Position numbers and translations under genes: made by a program | In this document: positions 47,965-59,264 of the stretch, piece by piece | How the letters are laid out: each line of letters starts with the position of its first letter | Position numbering within the stretch: position 1 is the first letter of the stretch | The notes under the pieces: generated by a model | Databases searched by the model: none | Seen by the model: only the letters and a program-made list of their open reading frames with translations | Told to the model about the DNA's origin: nothing | Origin: Pseudogymnoascus verrucosus | Taxonomy: Eukaryota | Length of the DNA stretch: 64,000 nucleotides | Reading direction: 5' to 3' (one strand) | NCBI GenBank assembly: GCA_001662655.1 | Contig: KV460207.1

Positions 47965-50253
47965 GGATCTAACATAACCGCCTGGGATGCGGCTTATCTC
48001 AGCCTTGGCCAACCGGCCAGAAGCTACTCTAACTATAGGACGGCACAGTACGTAGTATGGGGGCAGTGAGATTCCGGAAAAGACCTCAATATGGATCGGA
48101 CGCATTGGAGTCACGATTAGGCATTCAATCGGAGCATCAGCCATATCTTTTGTCATACCGCCCATACCGCGGCTACGTGAGTATATCCTTGGCACTCGCA
48201 AGGCTATGTGCACATACTATTTCCAGGGAGACTCTGCGCGGATGTTGCCAGGCCGTGTTTCTCCCGGATAACGCCACATCTCGCAAAAGCGAAGGATGGT
48301 AGAGGTTCCTATCCTTACGTATCTGAAGCTGAATCTCTTTAAAATCGAGACATGGCGCCACACTTCACCCACAACTTATGCAGCTCCTCCACGACGGAAA
48401 TTTTGATGGCCAAACCGAGATAAAGGGTCAAACAGGGCTGAGAGCACCTTGGTCATTGATGCCGCTTATTGGCCGGGGTGGGTGGAAGGATGCACCCACA
48501 CGTCAATCTATCTTCAGCCGTACGCACTGTTGCGTTGTCCCCACCACTATTGAGTACCAACCAAATGTTACGAATCTGGGGAATTCCACTCGCCAGTTTT
48601 CCACGTGTAGACGCAGTACAGCCCCATGGCATGAGTTCAGCGTTAGAGCTCTGATGACAATATCCCACGCCGCATCAACAAAAGCCGCAAGTTCTCAATT
48701 CACATCGCGCTGAGAATACTCTTCTATTGCTCCAGCCGGAACTACCGAAAATGGTACAGTCAGTCCAGAGGATCACACTAATATTGGTGTTGCCAGGATG
48801 ACAGCCCAATTTAAAACTGACCGTCCAGCTCTCATCCATTGCTTATGCAAATAACGACGTCTCATTCGCTGAGCGGGATAGCTCTAGTTGAGCACAAGCC
48901 AGACCCGCCAGTTAGGGTCTACCTGCTCACTCATCAGCCACACTCCGAGTCTAGCGTGGCGCGAGTCAAGTCTTGGTGGTGCCAGAATTGCCGTAGCGCA
49001 AATTACGCGCTCCTTAGGCTCCACGTTGTGGAGGAGATGTCGCCTATCAACCCCTGCGTTGACAAATTTGCCGATGTGGCCCTCGAATTTCCTTTTTCCG
49101 TCGAAGGATTGGACCCCTGTACGCGCCTGGGTCCATCAGAAACACTAGCCGTCCAAAAAAAACCTGAGGATTTATCGGACGGTCATCATGATCTCAGCCT
49201 CCTCGGCCAAGCCACCGGTGCCACAGAGGACAAGAATAGAAATAGATACAGGAGAATATTGTTCCTGAGAGTTGACGATCCGCGGAGGAGGCTCTGGAGA
49301 TATTATTACATTCCATCACCACGCCACAGCTCCACATCACGCCTTTGACCGCCTCTCTCCAGTTGGTGTATTATTGGTGTGGCATCGTGTGTAAGCTGAT
49401 GCGATATCCTCAGCATTTGTCATACGTAAGTTGGCCGTGCCGTTGATGTTCTCGCGGATCACCCAGCCGGGCCAATGCGGACGTGCCCAACCCCACGCTA
49501 CCATCTGGAGACCAACCCCACAGACAACTCAAAACATATCACGTGAAAGCGCGACACAGTAGTGTTCTTGGCGGTCAGACACTTTATACATCCAGGTAAA
49601 CCCTGGAGGGGAAGCTAGATAGAGTCCAAATATTCTCAGGTTGTCAGATTCATTTCTTGGCATTTCAGGCGAAGTATATGAGGTGTGCTGATGCCCCTCA
49701 GGTTTGACCTTGACTCCGGTTCCTCGCAAAGATAACGAAATCTTCTGGAGTCTACTCTTGTCTGTTCATATAATCAAAAAAATTGATGCTGTGTACTTTT
49801 TTCCAGTTGACAAAGGCTTCAGGGTCCCCTGCGTGTCACCTGACATAAGTATTGTGTCGTCGAATTCGGTCTTTGGAGATAGCTAGCTCCCCGTTCCTAA
49901 ATATATTCTGGCTGCCTTGAGATATGCAGTACCTGGCGCCTTTCGGCAGTAAGAATCAAAAGCGCACGCTAGCAAGGAGAGCATATAGCAGTGTAGTTTC
50001 TCTTCTCTCCATTTCTTCCTCGCTCCACAAAGGTTCATTTTTCAGTCTGTGCCATGTATCTCGAGATTTATGGGAATTCTGGGCATAACACCCTGTCGTA
50101 GGTGATCACATACTTGAGAATATTGTCTGTGACATAATATTGAAGAAGTAAAAGCTGTGTGTACAGCAATAGGGTGAGAATGGCAGTCTTGGTGCCTTGT
50201 TAAGGTAAGAGGCTCTGGCTGCTTAGTATAGATGACGTGCATATTTTTACATC

Positions 50254-50375
50254 GTGGAAGGAACTATGGTATCTTACTCTTAACGGATTAGTATGGAAGG
50301 CACGCATAAGCATGATGTCTTACTCATGACGGCTTAGTATGGAAGGGACACATAATCTTCAGTTGTGGAAGGAAC
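50254..50375. repeat. Imperfect tandem repeat, 46-bp period
   Basis: ATGGTATCTTACTCTTAACGGATTAGTATGGAAGGCACGCATAA (50266) versus ATGATGTCTTACTCATGACGGCTTAGTATGGAAGGGACACATAA (50312), bracketed by GTGGAAGGAAC at 50254 and 50365. Confidence 0.75.
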
Positions 50376-50875
50376 GATGACACTCCAGGCCGCTTAGTCA
50401 CTCTCGTATATTATGATAATGGGATAATGATGAAATAAACATGGCTGATTCTCTCAAATAATGACCTTTCTGGATTAATAAATGGTTTAATAGATAGAAT
50501 TCATCTTTTCACGTGGAGATTGAAGCTTCATCTACTGGAACGCAGTTAAATATGCTCTACATTTTATAATTTCGCCAATTTAATATCTACTCTTTTCAGC
50601 ACTTTGTTATTTTGCTCACTCACAGCTATTGTTTACATGCCAATATAACGATATTATGCCCAGAGGATATTTGCGAGACCAAATCACTTCTCCATAGCAC
50701 TTCTCTTGGTGAGGTGATAACTTGCACGGGACAAATATAATTTACATTGCCAAGACCAAGCACGTGACATACAGATTGTTGTCCGCATTTGGCAACTATC
50801 GCGATCCACTTGCAACGACCTCTTTTGCTATACACATGCTCTGTCAACAATATAACCTACAACTGCGAATTGCCT

Positions 50876-51661
50876 ATGCCTCGCATTTGTATGCTCTGCC
50901 GATGGCCATCTAAGCTACGTAGACGAGCACGGCGCTCGCGGATGTTGACAATGATCATCCTCATCTCGGTCATATGCATCCTGGTCACCCCCTTATACAT
51001 CATATATAAGCCACCGAACGTCTTAATACGGTATTTCCAGTACCGCTGGCCCGATGTTCTTTGGCGTGTCCCGACATCATCCAAAATGATCGCGCTTACG
51101 ATCGATGATGCGCCTTCAAAGCACACGGCGGAAATTATGGAGATCCTCAAGGAAAACGACGCGAGGGCAACGTTCTTTGTCATAGGCTCGCAGGTAGAAG
51201 GGCGTGAAGAGAGGCTGAGAGATTTGGTGCGCAATGGAAACGAGCTGGGCAACCACGCGATGCACGATGAGCCCTCTCGCGCGCTGAGCGACCAAACGCT
51301 AGTCGCTGAGATCAAGGCTGTTGAGGAGATGGTTCTCGAGGCATATACAGCTGCCAGCGTTGACACCCCTCCAAAGTATTTCCGGCCTGGCTCTGGATTT
51401 TTCAGCGAGCGGATGCGTGAGACCCTGGGAGGGTTGGGTTACAGGCTGGTCCTGGGCAGCATTTACCCTCACGATCCTCAGATCTCATCCTGGAGGATTA
51501 ATGCGAGACATATTCTGAGCATGCTACGACCGGGTGGGATTATTATTTGTCACGATAGGCGAAGCTGGACTGTGCCTATGCTCCGAAAGGTGCTTCCTGA
51601 AATGCGGCGGAGAGGATATCAAATTGTCACCGTCTCGGAGCTCCTGGAGGCGAGGATTTGA
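50876..51661 (+). CDS. Polysaccharide deacetylase (CE4/NodB domain) with an N-terminal membrane anchor
   Basis: ALTIDDAP, ATFFVIG, ELGNHAMHD, YFRPGSG, GGIIICHD. Basic patch followed by a hydrophobic segment at the N-terminus. Confidence 0.9.
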   Translation: MPRICMLCRWPSKLRRRARRSRMLTMIILISVICILVTPLYIIYKPPNVLIRYFQYRWPDVLWRVPTSSKMIALTIDDAPSKHTAEIMEILKENDARATFFVIGSQVEGREERLRDLVRNGNELGNHAMHDEPSRALSDQTLVAEIKAVEEMVLEAYTAASVDTPPKYFRPGSGFFSERMRETLGGLGYRLVLGSIYPHDPQISSWRINARHILSMLRPGGIIICHDRRSWTVPMLRKVLPEMRRRGYQIVTVSELLEARI

Positions 51662-52236
51662 CGTCATCGCAACTCTTGTCACTGTGGGCTTAACAACATT
51701 TTATGTTGCCGCATGTGTTCGCAAACATCCGCAGAGCCTCCCAATATATGGTACATATCTATGCCGGTGTCCTGTTTGTGTACTGACCCCAGAAGTTGGC
51801 GATATATAAAAAATATTGATGGAGACATTATTGCCGATGGAGGCTCGACGTCCTACCGTAAGCTGGACGCCAGGAACGCACATACGGGACATCAATGTTT
51901 GAACTGTACCGATATATTTTATGGCAGGATGATTGCAACCACGGCAACATTGTACAGTACAATAATTATGTATTATGATAGCTAAACTTTGTTTTGGAAG
52001 TTACGTTCGTGTCTGGCACCTTTCCAAAGCTGGAACGCTCTTTCCACTGTGTAATGTACGTGATAATTTTGGAAAGAGCCTTCAAGGAGCCTGCAAGAGG
52101 AAAGAGTCCAAAGATGTGTCACTGACAGCCTTCTCTCCTTTTACAAACAACAAACTGAAATGATACATCAACAGGCTGGGAGATTCTTGCCTTTCAAAAA
52201 AAAAATCACTGAGACGACAACAAAATAGTCCAAAAA

Positions 52237-54489
52237 ATGGCATCCGCACTCACCATGATGCCCCCTCGAGATAAAACTGATGGAAATAAACGCCTTCCAC
52301 CCATTGGTCGTAGTGTGAAGATACAGCCCCCGAGACTTACACCAGAGTCTGGAGAGCCTATTACGATCTTCATGTAGGGCTCCAAGATACCCTAAAGCAA
52401 TATACATCACTACAGGTCACTGATACAGCACAGAACTGGCATTACGGGGTATATTGGTGGGACCGTTGCTAATTATCTTATCTCGTCTCATCCCGAAGTC
52501 AACATAACTGCTCTTGTACGAAACGAAAATCATGTATCCAGTATTCGGGCAATGTTTCCAAATGTTCGGATAGTGAGAGGGTCTCTTGATGACCGAGACG
52601 TCTTGATTGAGGAGTGTTCAAAAGCAAAAATGGTTCTACGTGTGTACTCTTCTCCCCAGAGTTCTCCCTCAAAACACCAACTGATGGATTAATGATCAAA
52701 GGCTAATTGGTGCGGTGCTATAGAGATGGCTACGGACCACGAGGAAGGCTTGTTGTCAATAATCGAAGGCATAAGAAGTAGCAAAGAGAAAGATTGCGGG
52801 TATCTCATACACACGTCTAACATATCGACGCTGATCGACCGAGACTTTCCACCGGGGGAGTGCGACGACAGGTTGGGCGATGACGTTGCCGATTTGAATG
52901 CAATCAAGGCAAAACTGTCAAAAAACGCGAGAGGTTCGGAAATAATGATCATGAATGCGGCAGCACAGAACACCGAGAACCACAGGCCCGTGAGGTCTGC
53001 CATAGTGTGCACTCCAGCAGTATATGGCTTTGGCCGGGGGCCAATCCGCAAACGCGGAGGAAAGTTGACAGACTTGATGAGGGCTATCATACTGCATAAA
53101 AGCGCATTCGAGGTGGGAAACGGGCGAAACTTTTGGAGTTTGGTTGATATCGACAATCTGGCTAAGGCATATTTGCTCTTAGTCGAGAAAGCACTCGGCC
53201 CAATAGGCGTGGGGCCCGGAGACTGGGATTCTAAAGGGTATTATATTGTTGAAACGGAGGAACTTGTACGTATACTTCCCAATCTGGCTTTATTGTCTGC
53301 TAATGATCAAGTGCTGGGGCCTATTTGCACGAGGCATAGGTGATCGGGTCCAGCAACGATTTTTTATCGATGAACCATCTATTGTCAAGAAGTTGACCGA
53401 TAACGAGGTCAATGCAATATACGCCGGAGGCTCGACATACTGGGGGACAAATGCTAGGCTCCTGGGGACTCGTTTGCGCAAGCTTGGTTGGAACCCCTAC
53501 CGCGGCGATCTGGTAGAATACGTCGATAAAAGATTGGGGGTTGAGATTCAGGAGCTTTATGGGATCACCATTGAGGAACAAGAATTTGAAACAGACGAGA
53601 GACGTCCCGAGGCTTCCCTAGACAACCCGTCCGTTTTACAGGCCAACTCTGGAAACGTCATGGATGAGAATGCGGATGCTGTTTCGACTGATGAAGAAGT
53701 GTCGATGCAACTACGGAGAGAAGCGGCAGCAGAGACTAGAGAACCGACAGCAGAGGCTAGAGAACGGACAGCGGAGACTAGAGAACCGACAGCAGAGACT
53801 AGAGAAGAGACTGAGGAAAATGAAGGGGGAGGGGGAGAAGAGGGGCAAGTGAGAGAAGTGGGAGAAGGGGGAGAAGTGAGAGAAGAGACAAAAGAGACTG
53901 GAGAGGAGACTGAGGAAAATGAAGGGGGAGGGAAAGAAGAGGGACAAGTGAGAAAAGAGGAAGAAGTGAGAAAAGGGAAAGAAGTGGAAAAAGGGGAGGA
54001 AGTGAGAGAAGAGAGAAAAGGGGAAGAAGTGAGAGAAGTGAGAGAAGTGAGAGAAGAGAGAGAAGGGGAAGAAGTGNNNNNNNNNNNNNNNNNNNNNNNN
54101 NNNNNNNNNNNNNNNNNNNNNNNNNNNNNNNGAGAGAAGGGGAGGAAGAGAGAGAAGGGGAGGAAGAGAGAGAAGGGGAAGAAGAGAGAGAAGGGGAAGA
54201 AGAGAGAGAAGGGGAAGAAGGAGGAGGAAGAGGAAGAGGAGGCGGAAGAGGTGGAAGAGGCGGAAGAGGCGGAAGAGGCGGAAGAGGGGGAGGAAGTGGG
54301 GGAGCGGGAAGAGGGGGAAGAGGAGGAGGAAGTGTGAGAGCGGGAAGAAGGAGAGGGGGGGGGGTAGGGGGGAAAAGGGCAAGCGCGGCAAGTACAGCAA
54401 GAACGACAAGAGCGACTACAAGATCGATGACAGGAACGATGGCAAGAGCGGTGACAGGAGGACAACAAGAGCACCAAGAGGGACAATAG
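52237..54489 (+). CDS. NAD(P)-binding epimerase / atypical SDR with a long acidic low-complexity C-terminal extension; end uncertain because of an N-gap
   Basis: Spliced IFITGITGYIGG Rossmann motif, ITALVR, GSLDD, IVCTPAVYGFGRGP, WSLVDIDNLAKAY, WGTNAR, LRKLGWNP. Introns at about 52374-52433, 52640-52723 and 53266-53311. The stop is at 54337 or 54489 depending on the gap length. Confidence 0.8.
53725..54340 (+). repeat. Nested purine-rich coding tandem repeats containing an assembly gap (N at 54077-54131)
   Basis: 21-bp AETREPT units, a duplicated ETEENEGGG.EEGQVR block, 9-bp GAGAAGTGA, 18-bp GAGAGAGAAGGGGARGAA and 9-bp GGAAGAGGC units. Confidence 0.9.
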
Positions 54490-54891
54490 GCGGAAGAGAG
54501 ACGAGAGGGGAAACAAGAAATAGAAGAAGAAGCGGAAGTGGTTTATGGCTGATAAATCAACTGTGTGAACCTTGTTGGATGTTGGCTCGAAATCCACAGA
54601 GCATGAGTATCATTAGCAAAAATACAGTATTAGCTCACCTGCGAAACAAGCAGCGAAGAAAACGATGAATGGAAGTACGCATTATGTATCTTGCATATAA
54701 TTGTCCAGCTATTACTGTGTGTGTCCTAGATCATTAAACACCAAAGAGCCTCCCTGGATCAATAGCCAAGTTGTATATTAATATTCGCGGACGTGGTGGC
54801 CGCTATATCAAATGATGTTTCGCCCAGTAGTCATGAAACTCCCACCAAGCAATGGTAAATGTAAACGCTCGCTCTGTTTCAAATCATGCTG

Positions 54892-56696
54892 TTATAGTCG
54901 TGACTGTACCCGTCGCTGCATTAACTCCCCGTCCTTCTTTGCCCATTCCCGCAAAACCCGCCTCTGAATCTTTCCACTCTCCAATTTCGGAACTTGCTGG
55001 ACAAACACCACTCCTCCCACAAGGTATTTGTATTTTGCCACTCGCGACTTTATCCAGTGTTCGATGTCTTGGGGCGTTACTTTTCCTTTCGAAGCCTCTT
55101 GAATCGCGACGTAGGCGCGGGGAAGCTCTTCTTCGCCGCTGTGGAAATGTTAGTATCAGAGAGAAAATGAAGGGGAAGAGAGAATACAATTTGATTCCTA
55201 CGACGCCTGCGTCTGCGATATGCTCATTCTCCAGTAGTACTGCTTCCAACTCTGCGGGGGCAACTTGGAATCCATTCACTTTGATAAGTTCCTATTTATC
55301 ATCATAAGTCAGTTGTGTATGCATCTTCTGGATGGTAGGCCAACCTTTTTCCGATCGATAATCCAGAAATTCCCATCAGCATTGCAAACTGCTATGTCCC
55401 CTGTCCGTAACCAGCCCTCAGTATCAATAGTTTCGTTAGTAGCTGCAGCGTTGCGCCAGTAGCCAAGAGCTATCTGTGGACCCCTGAGGTACAACTCTCC
55501 TGGCTGCCCATAAGAAACTTCCTGTCCATAATCATCGATGAGCTTGCATTCGGTGTTTGAAAGCAACTTTCCAATGCTGCCAGTATCATCGACATCGATA
55601 GCTAGCATCCCCATCCCTCCACAGGTTGTTTCGGTCATCCCATAGCCTTGTACAATGTTGAATCCGAATCTCTCTGAGCAATGATTCTGCAGCTCTTTGC
55701 TCAACGGCGCTGCGGCGCATAGAGCGAGTGTCAGCGAACTGAGATCATATTTGCTTGTGACTGGGTGCTTGGACATCATGACTAGAATCGGCGGCACGAG
55801 CTGCAACGTCGTGATCCGATACGTCTGTATGGCGTGCAGAAAATCCTCGAAAACAAATTGCTTCATCACATAGACGGGTATCCTCCTTTTGAGAGATATG
55901 ATGATTAAATATAGTTGTCCATAGGCGTGGTAGAGAGGAAGATAACCGAGCCAGCGGTCATCGAGTAGGGGGAGCTGTCTCTTGTGGACGAGGTTGAATA
56001 TATTTTGAGCGGCGTTGGCAATTATATTGGCATGGCTTACCATCACACCCTTTGGATGCCCTGTCGTTCCGGATGAATAATTGATTGATGCGATTGTCCT
56101 CAAAGATTCTTCGGGTGTGAAGCTTGGCCAAGCGTAGTTGTCAGCGCCATATTCCCTGATGAGAAGGCGCCAATCTGGGACACCGAGAACGGGCGTACAC
56201 TCAACATCTGAGAGCTGGAAGATTTTTGAATTTGATAAGCCGATTTTGGCGACAGCCTCAACAGCTAATGATACAAAGTTGGGGTGTACAAGTATGACGC
56301 TTGGCTGAACATCCTCGATTTGGTAGACAAGTTCTGGAACCGCATCAGAAAACGAGTATGTGAGTTGGTAAGATACTCACCTCGCAAAGTAAATGCTGGA
56401 TTTGCTGCACTGAATCTATAACCTCCGCCAACAATCCCAAGGTATGCTACTGGCACAAATACGTGGTTTGGTGTAAAGAGCATAACCACCTCACCCTGCC
56501 GTAAACCTGCATTGCTGAGGCCCCTGCTGAAGCTCTTACTCCATTTTAAAACCTGAGCTTCTGACAAATAGTTGCTCGGATCCTGTGCATCTATCCAAAG
56601 CGGCTCATTGCTTGGTTCGTGGCCGGGAGGGAAGAGGTAGTCTACCAGATTAGTTTGCGGGATCTCGAGGTAAGGATGAACAGATTTAAACGGCAT
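54892..56696 (-). CDS. 4-coumarate-CoA-ligase-like acyl-CoA synthetase, peroxisomal (PTS1 SRL)
   Basis: YSSGTTGHPKGV, QGYGMTE, GWLRTGD, DRKKELIKVNGFQVAPAELE. The spliced last exon reads ...PKLESGKIQRR...VQSRL-stop (TAA at 54892-54894). Confidence 0.92.
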
Positions 56697-57062
56697 TTTT
56701 GCACCAGTAAATGATCTGTCGATTGTCCGCCAGAGAGCAACACAAGAATGAGTACAGAAGAAAGGCGTTGCTTATAACATTTTGTGGCTGGGTGAAGGGG
56801 GATGGGATTTGTGTTAATTGGAGAGCTGGCGTTGGGGGCAAGTGCGGTGTACAGTACAAAGGCGACGCAAGGAGTAAGCAAACATTCCAGCTTGAAAGTA
56901 AGCGTTTTCCGGGTGGGTGGATGGCAAACACGTCAACGAAAAAACGTGGCAGCCTTGTTTGACTACTGTAATTCTAGAAGGATTTGGAAGTACAGTACAT
57001 TGGTTATGGGGGTTATGGGGGCTAAGAGGCGTTTTCAGCACCGGATATATTACCAGATTGGG

Positions 57063-57094
57063 GTCCAACAGTCCAACAGTCCAACAGTCCAACA
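57063..57094. repeat. (GTCCAACA)4 microsatellite upstream of the CoA-ligase gene
   Basis: Four exact 8-bp units. Confidence 0.9.
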
Positions 57095-57403
57095 GTCCCC
57101 TTCACCTCCAACCGAAGCTCATATAGTTACACCACAACCAATGATCCTGCAACTGGCTGATAAAGCGGAGAAAAATCCGCGAGCGTTTATTACTATCTTT
57201 ATTGGCATTTCTTTTCTCGGGGCCACGAGGGAGTGGTTAAAATTAGATGAGACCTCTTCCGCTTGGCGTTCTCACATATTCAAGACAAAGCACCAGAATA
57301 ACAACTTGTGTTTTACATCGCATATGGAGATATTTGTGACATGGTTGGGCGTAGTAAATTTAAACCTATATTTGACTTAAATTCATATATTCTGAATTGG
57401 AGT

Positions 57404-58423
57404 TTATACTCCCAGACTGTCTCTGCGTTGCGCCACTCCCAAATCATTAGTAGCCTGCTTCTCGGGCCTAATGTTGTCTCGCTCATGGTTGGAAGCCTTG
57501 ATAATATTGTCGATAGCGGTAATAAATAGTATGAGCCCTATAACTCCTACTGCCACCAACGGTGAAGCAATGGAAAAGACAGTGAATCCATAGGAAGCGT
57601 CGTGGAAGGCGTCATTGTCAACGAGCTGCTTTGTGGCAAGTCCCACCTGCATGGCTGTTAAAACAATGGCGACATAACCAAAAAACGTAAGAATCCATGC
57701 GAAGTTCTCCTCCAAGAATGTTCCAAACTCGTGATAGTCGTAAAAATAACCCCGGATCAAATGCTGCGTGCCGAATTTTATCCTGTATATGCTGTTCAGT
57801 CGGTTCAGTCTCAACTCCCCAAACCGATAACGTGGATTGATTTGCTCTATGTCTTCAAAATCATATCCCTTCATGAAATCGACAATAAAACTACACCATT
57901 CTTGGTAGGTGATCCCCTCGGGTAAAAGGCGTGGGTGGTCAGAGTTATCCATCGCCATCTGAAAATCGGACTCGTTGAACACCAGCCAGATATAGCTAAG
58001 CAGGAATCCCTTGGCGCTTTCAAATAGACCGCTGTCCGGGCATATGTTCCGATCCCAGAAATCCGCGTCGAGTAGATAACCAGGCAGAGGCTTTATGTAG
58101 ATCCGAGAGCCTCGCCATGTAAGGTGAAGGTCCGCTTGTTCTGTGATAACGACACCGCGGCCCATCATCACTTGGCGGTGTAGAGGCCGGGCCGCCTTCC
58201 TCATGCCAGCCCACCAGAGATGTTGTTCAACATCCGTGAGCCGGGAGACATCAAGGTCATGTCTTAGGAACTCCCTGAAGCCGCCTTTTGGACCCTCAGA
58301 CTTCTTGCATTTGTAGGTTTTATCTTGGTACATAACGGGTACGAGCACTGATCCAGTCGGGAGGATGCTATTTTCAAATGGTGCCACGAGTAAGCCCGTC
58401 TGTGTCGCCGATATCGACCCCAT
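57404..58423 (-). CDS. DUF6601-like fungal protein with two C-terminal TM helices
   Basis: HLWWAG, RPLHRQ, ITEQADLHLTW, IKPLPGYLL, GFLLSY, RYRFGELRLNRLN, IVLTAMQVGL. Confidence 0.78.
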   Translation of the reverse strand: MGSISATQTGLLVAPFENSILPTGSVLVPVMYQDKTYKCKKSEGPKGGFREFLRHDLDVSRLTDVEQHLWWAGMRKAARPLHRQVMMGRGVVITEQADLHLTWRGSRIYIKPLPGYLLDADFWDRNICPDSGLFESAKGFLLSYIWLVFNESDFQMAMDNSDHPRLLPEGITYQEWCSFIVDFMKGYDFEDIEQINPRYRFGELRLNRLNSIYRIKFGTQHLIRGYFYDYHEFGTFLEENFAWILTFFGYVAIVLTAMQVGLATKQLVDNDAFHDASYGFTVFSIASPLVAVGVIGLILFITAIDNIIKASNHERDNIRPEKQATNDLGVAQRRDSLGV

Positions 58424-59264
58424 TTTGCATCTGCATCACCTGCACCGACAGCTTCAATTGAAGTTCAAGGCTGGATCAGAAAATTTGATGGTGGTGATCC
58501 TTCACGAGCACTAAAATTACCCTCGACTACCCCAGAGTTGACGTGAAACGTCAGTGAAGCGCACGGTAAGACCCGGGCGGCAACACAACCCTGTCTGTCT
58601 GTCAGCAGTCAGCCTGTCAAGGCTGAATATTCTATGATAAAGTCCACCACGGCGGATTCATTGCGAGGCCCCCAACACTTTACATGTCGTGCATGATAGG
58701 CGGTGAGCTCATTCTCCACGGGCTGCCCGAATTACCTCAGACGTACGTGTACTGTACATAGGAGCAAGACATACATGTCGACAAGACTCGTGATGAGTTG
58801 TTGAGTTGGGCCAACCAGACGGTATTTATAGATGCTCATGCGATCACCAACCAAAAGTACAGCGGCTAATGTCCATGCAACATCCTTCAAATCTGTATAC
58901 TTGGCGCAAATCCTTTCTGAAAATGGGTCGGTGTGGAAAATCGGAAATCCATGGCTACTAACGATAGGGCTGAACTTGTCGAGAGAAGCTCACATCACAT
59001 GGCGCATGTCTCATGATATAACTGACAGACAAATTTTGGCATTCAGCTAACGTCTAACTAAACAGAGCCAACGCATAAACTAGTACAAACATGATAATCA
59101 TTAAAAATTTCCGTCAAACTACATGTGTCATGCACTCATTATGTGCACAAAAACATAACATGACAAAACAAGCGAAGGGGTATAAAAAACAAATCGCATC
59201 AAAACATCAATCTCCCTCCTCCAAACAATAATCACGCTGAGGCCGTTGCTTCATAGCACACCAC

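Noticed and set aside
48029..48038. RlmA/Rlm1-like MADS site CTAACTATAG upstream of AGS1
   Set aside because: Single copy with a mismatch to CTA(W)4TAG, so it is not distinguishable from chance.
50254..50375. CRISPR-like repeat-spacer pattern
   Set aside because: Eukaryotic context, only two imperfect adjacent copies, no unique spacers and no cas genes.
53557..54597. Long minus-strand Ser/Phe/Leu ORFs
   Set aside because: Antisense shadows of the purine-rich repeat.
52237..58423. Secondary-metabolite cluster (SDR + CoA ligase + DUF6601)
   Set aside because: No PKS, NRPS or terpene backbone gene and no cluster regulator in the window.
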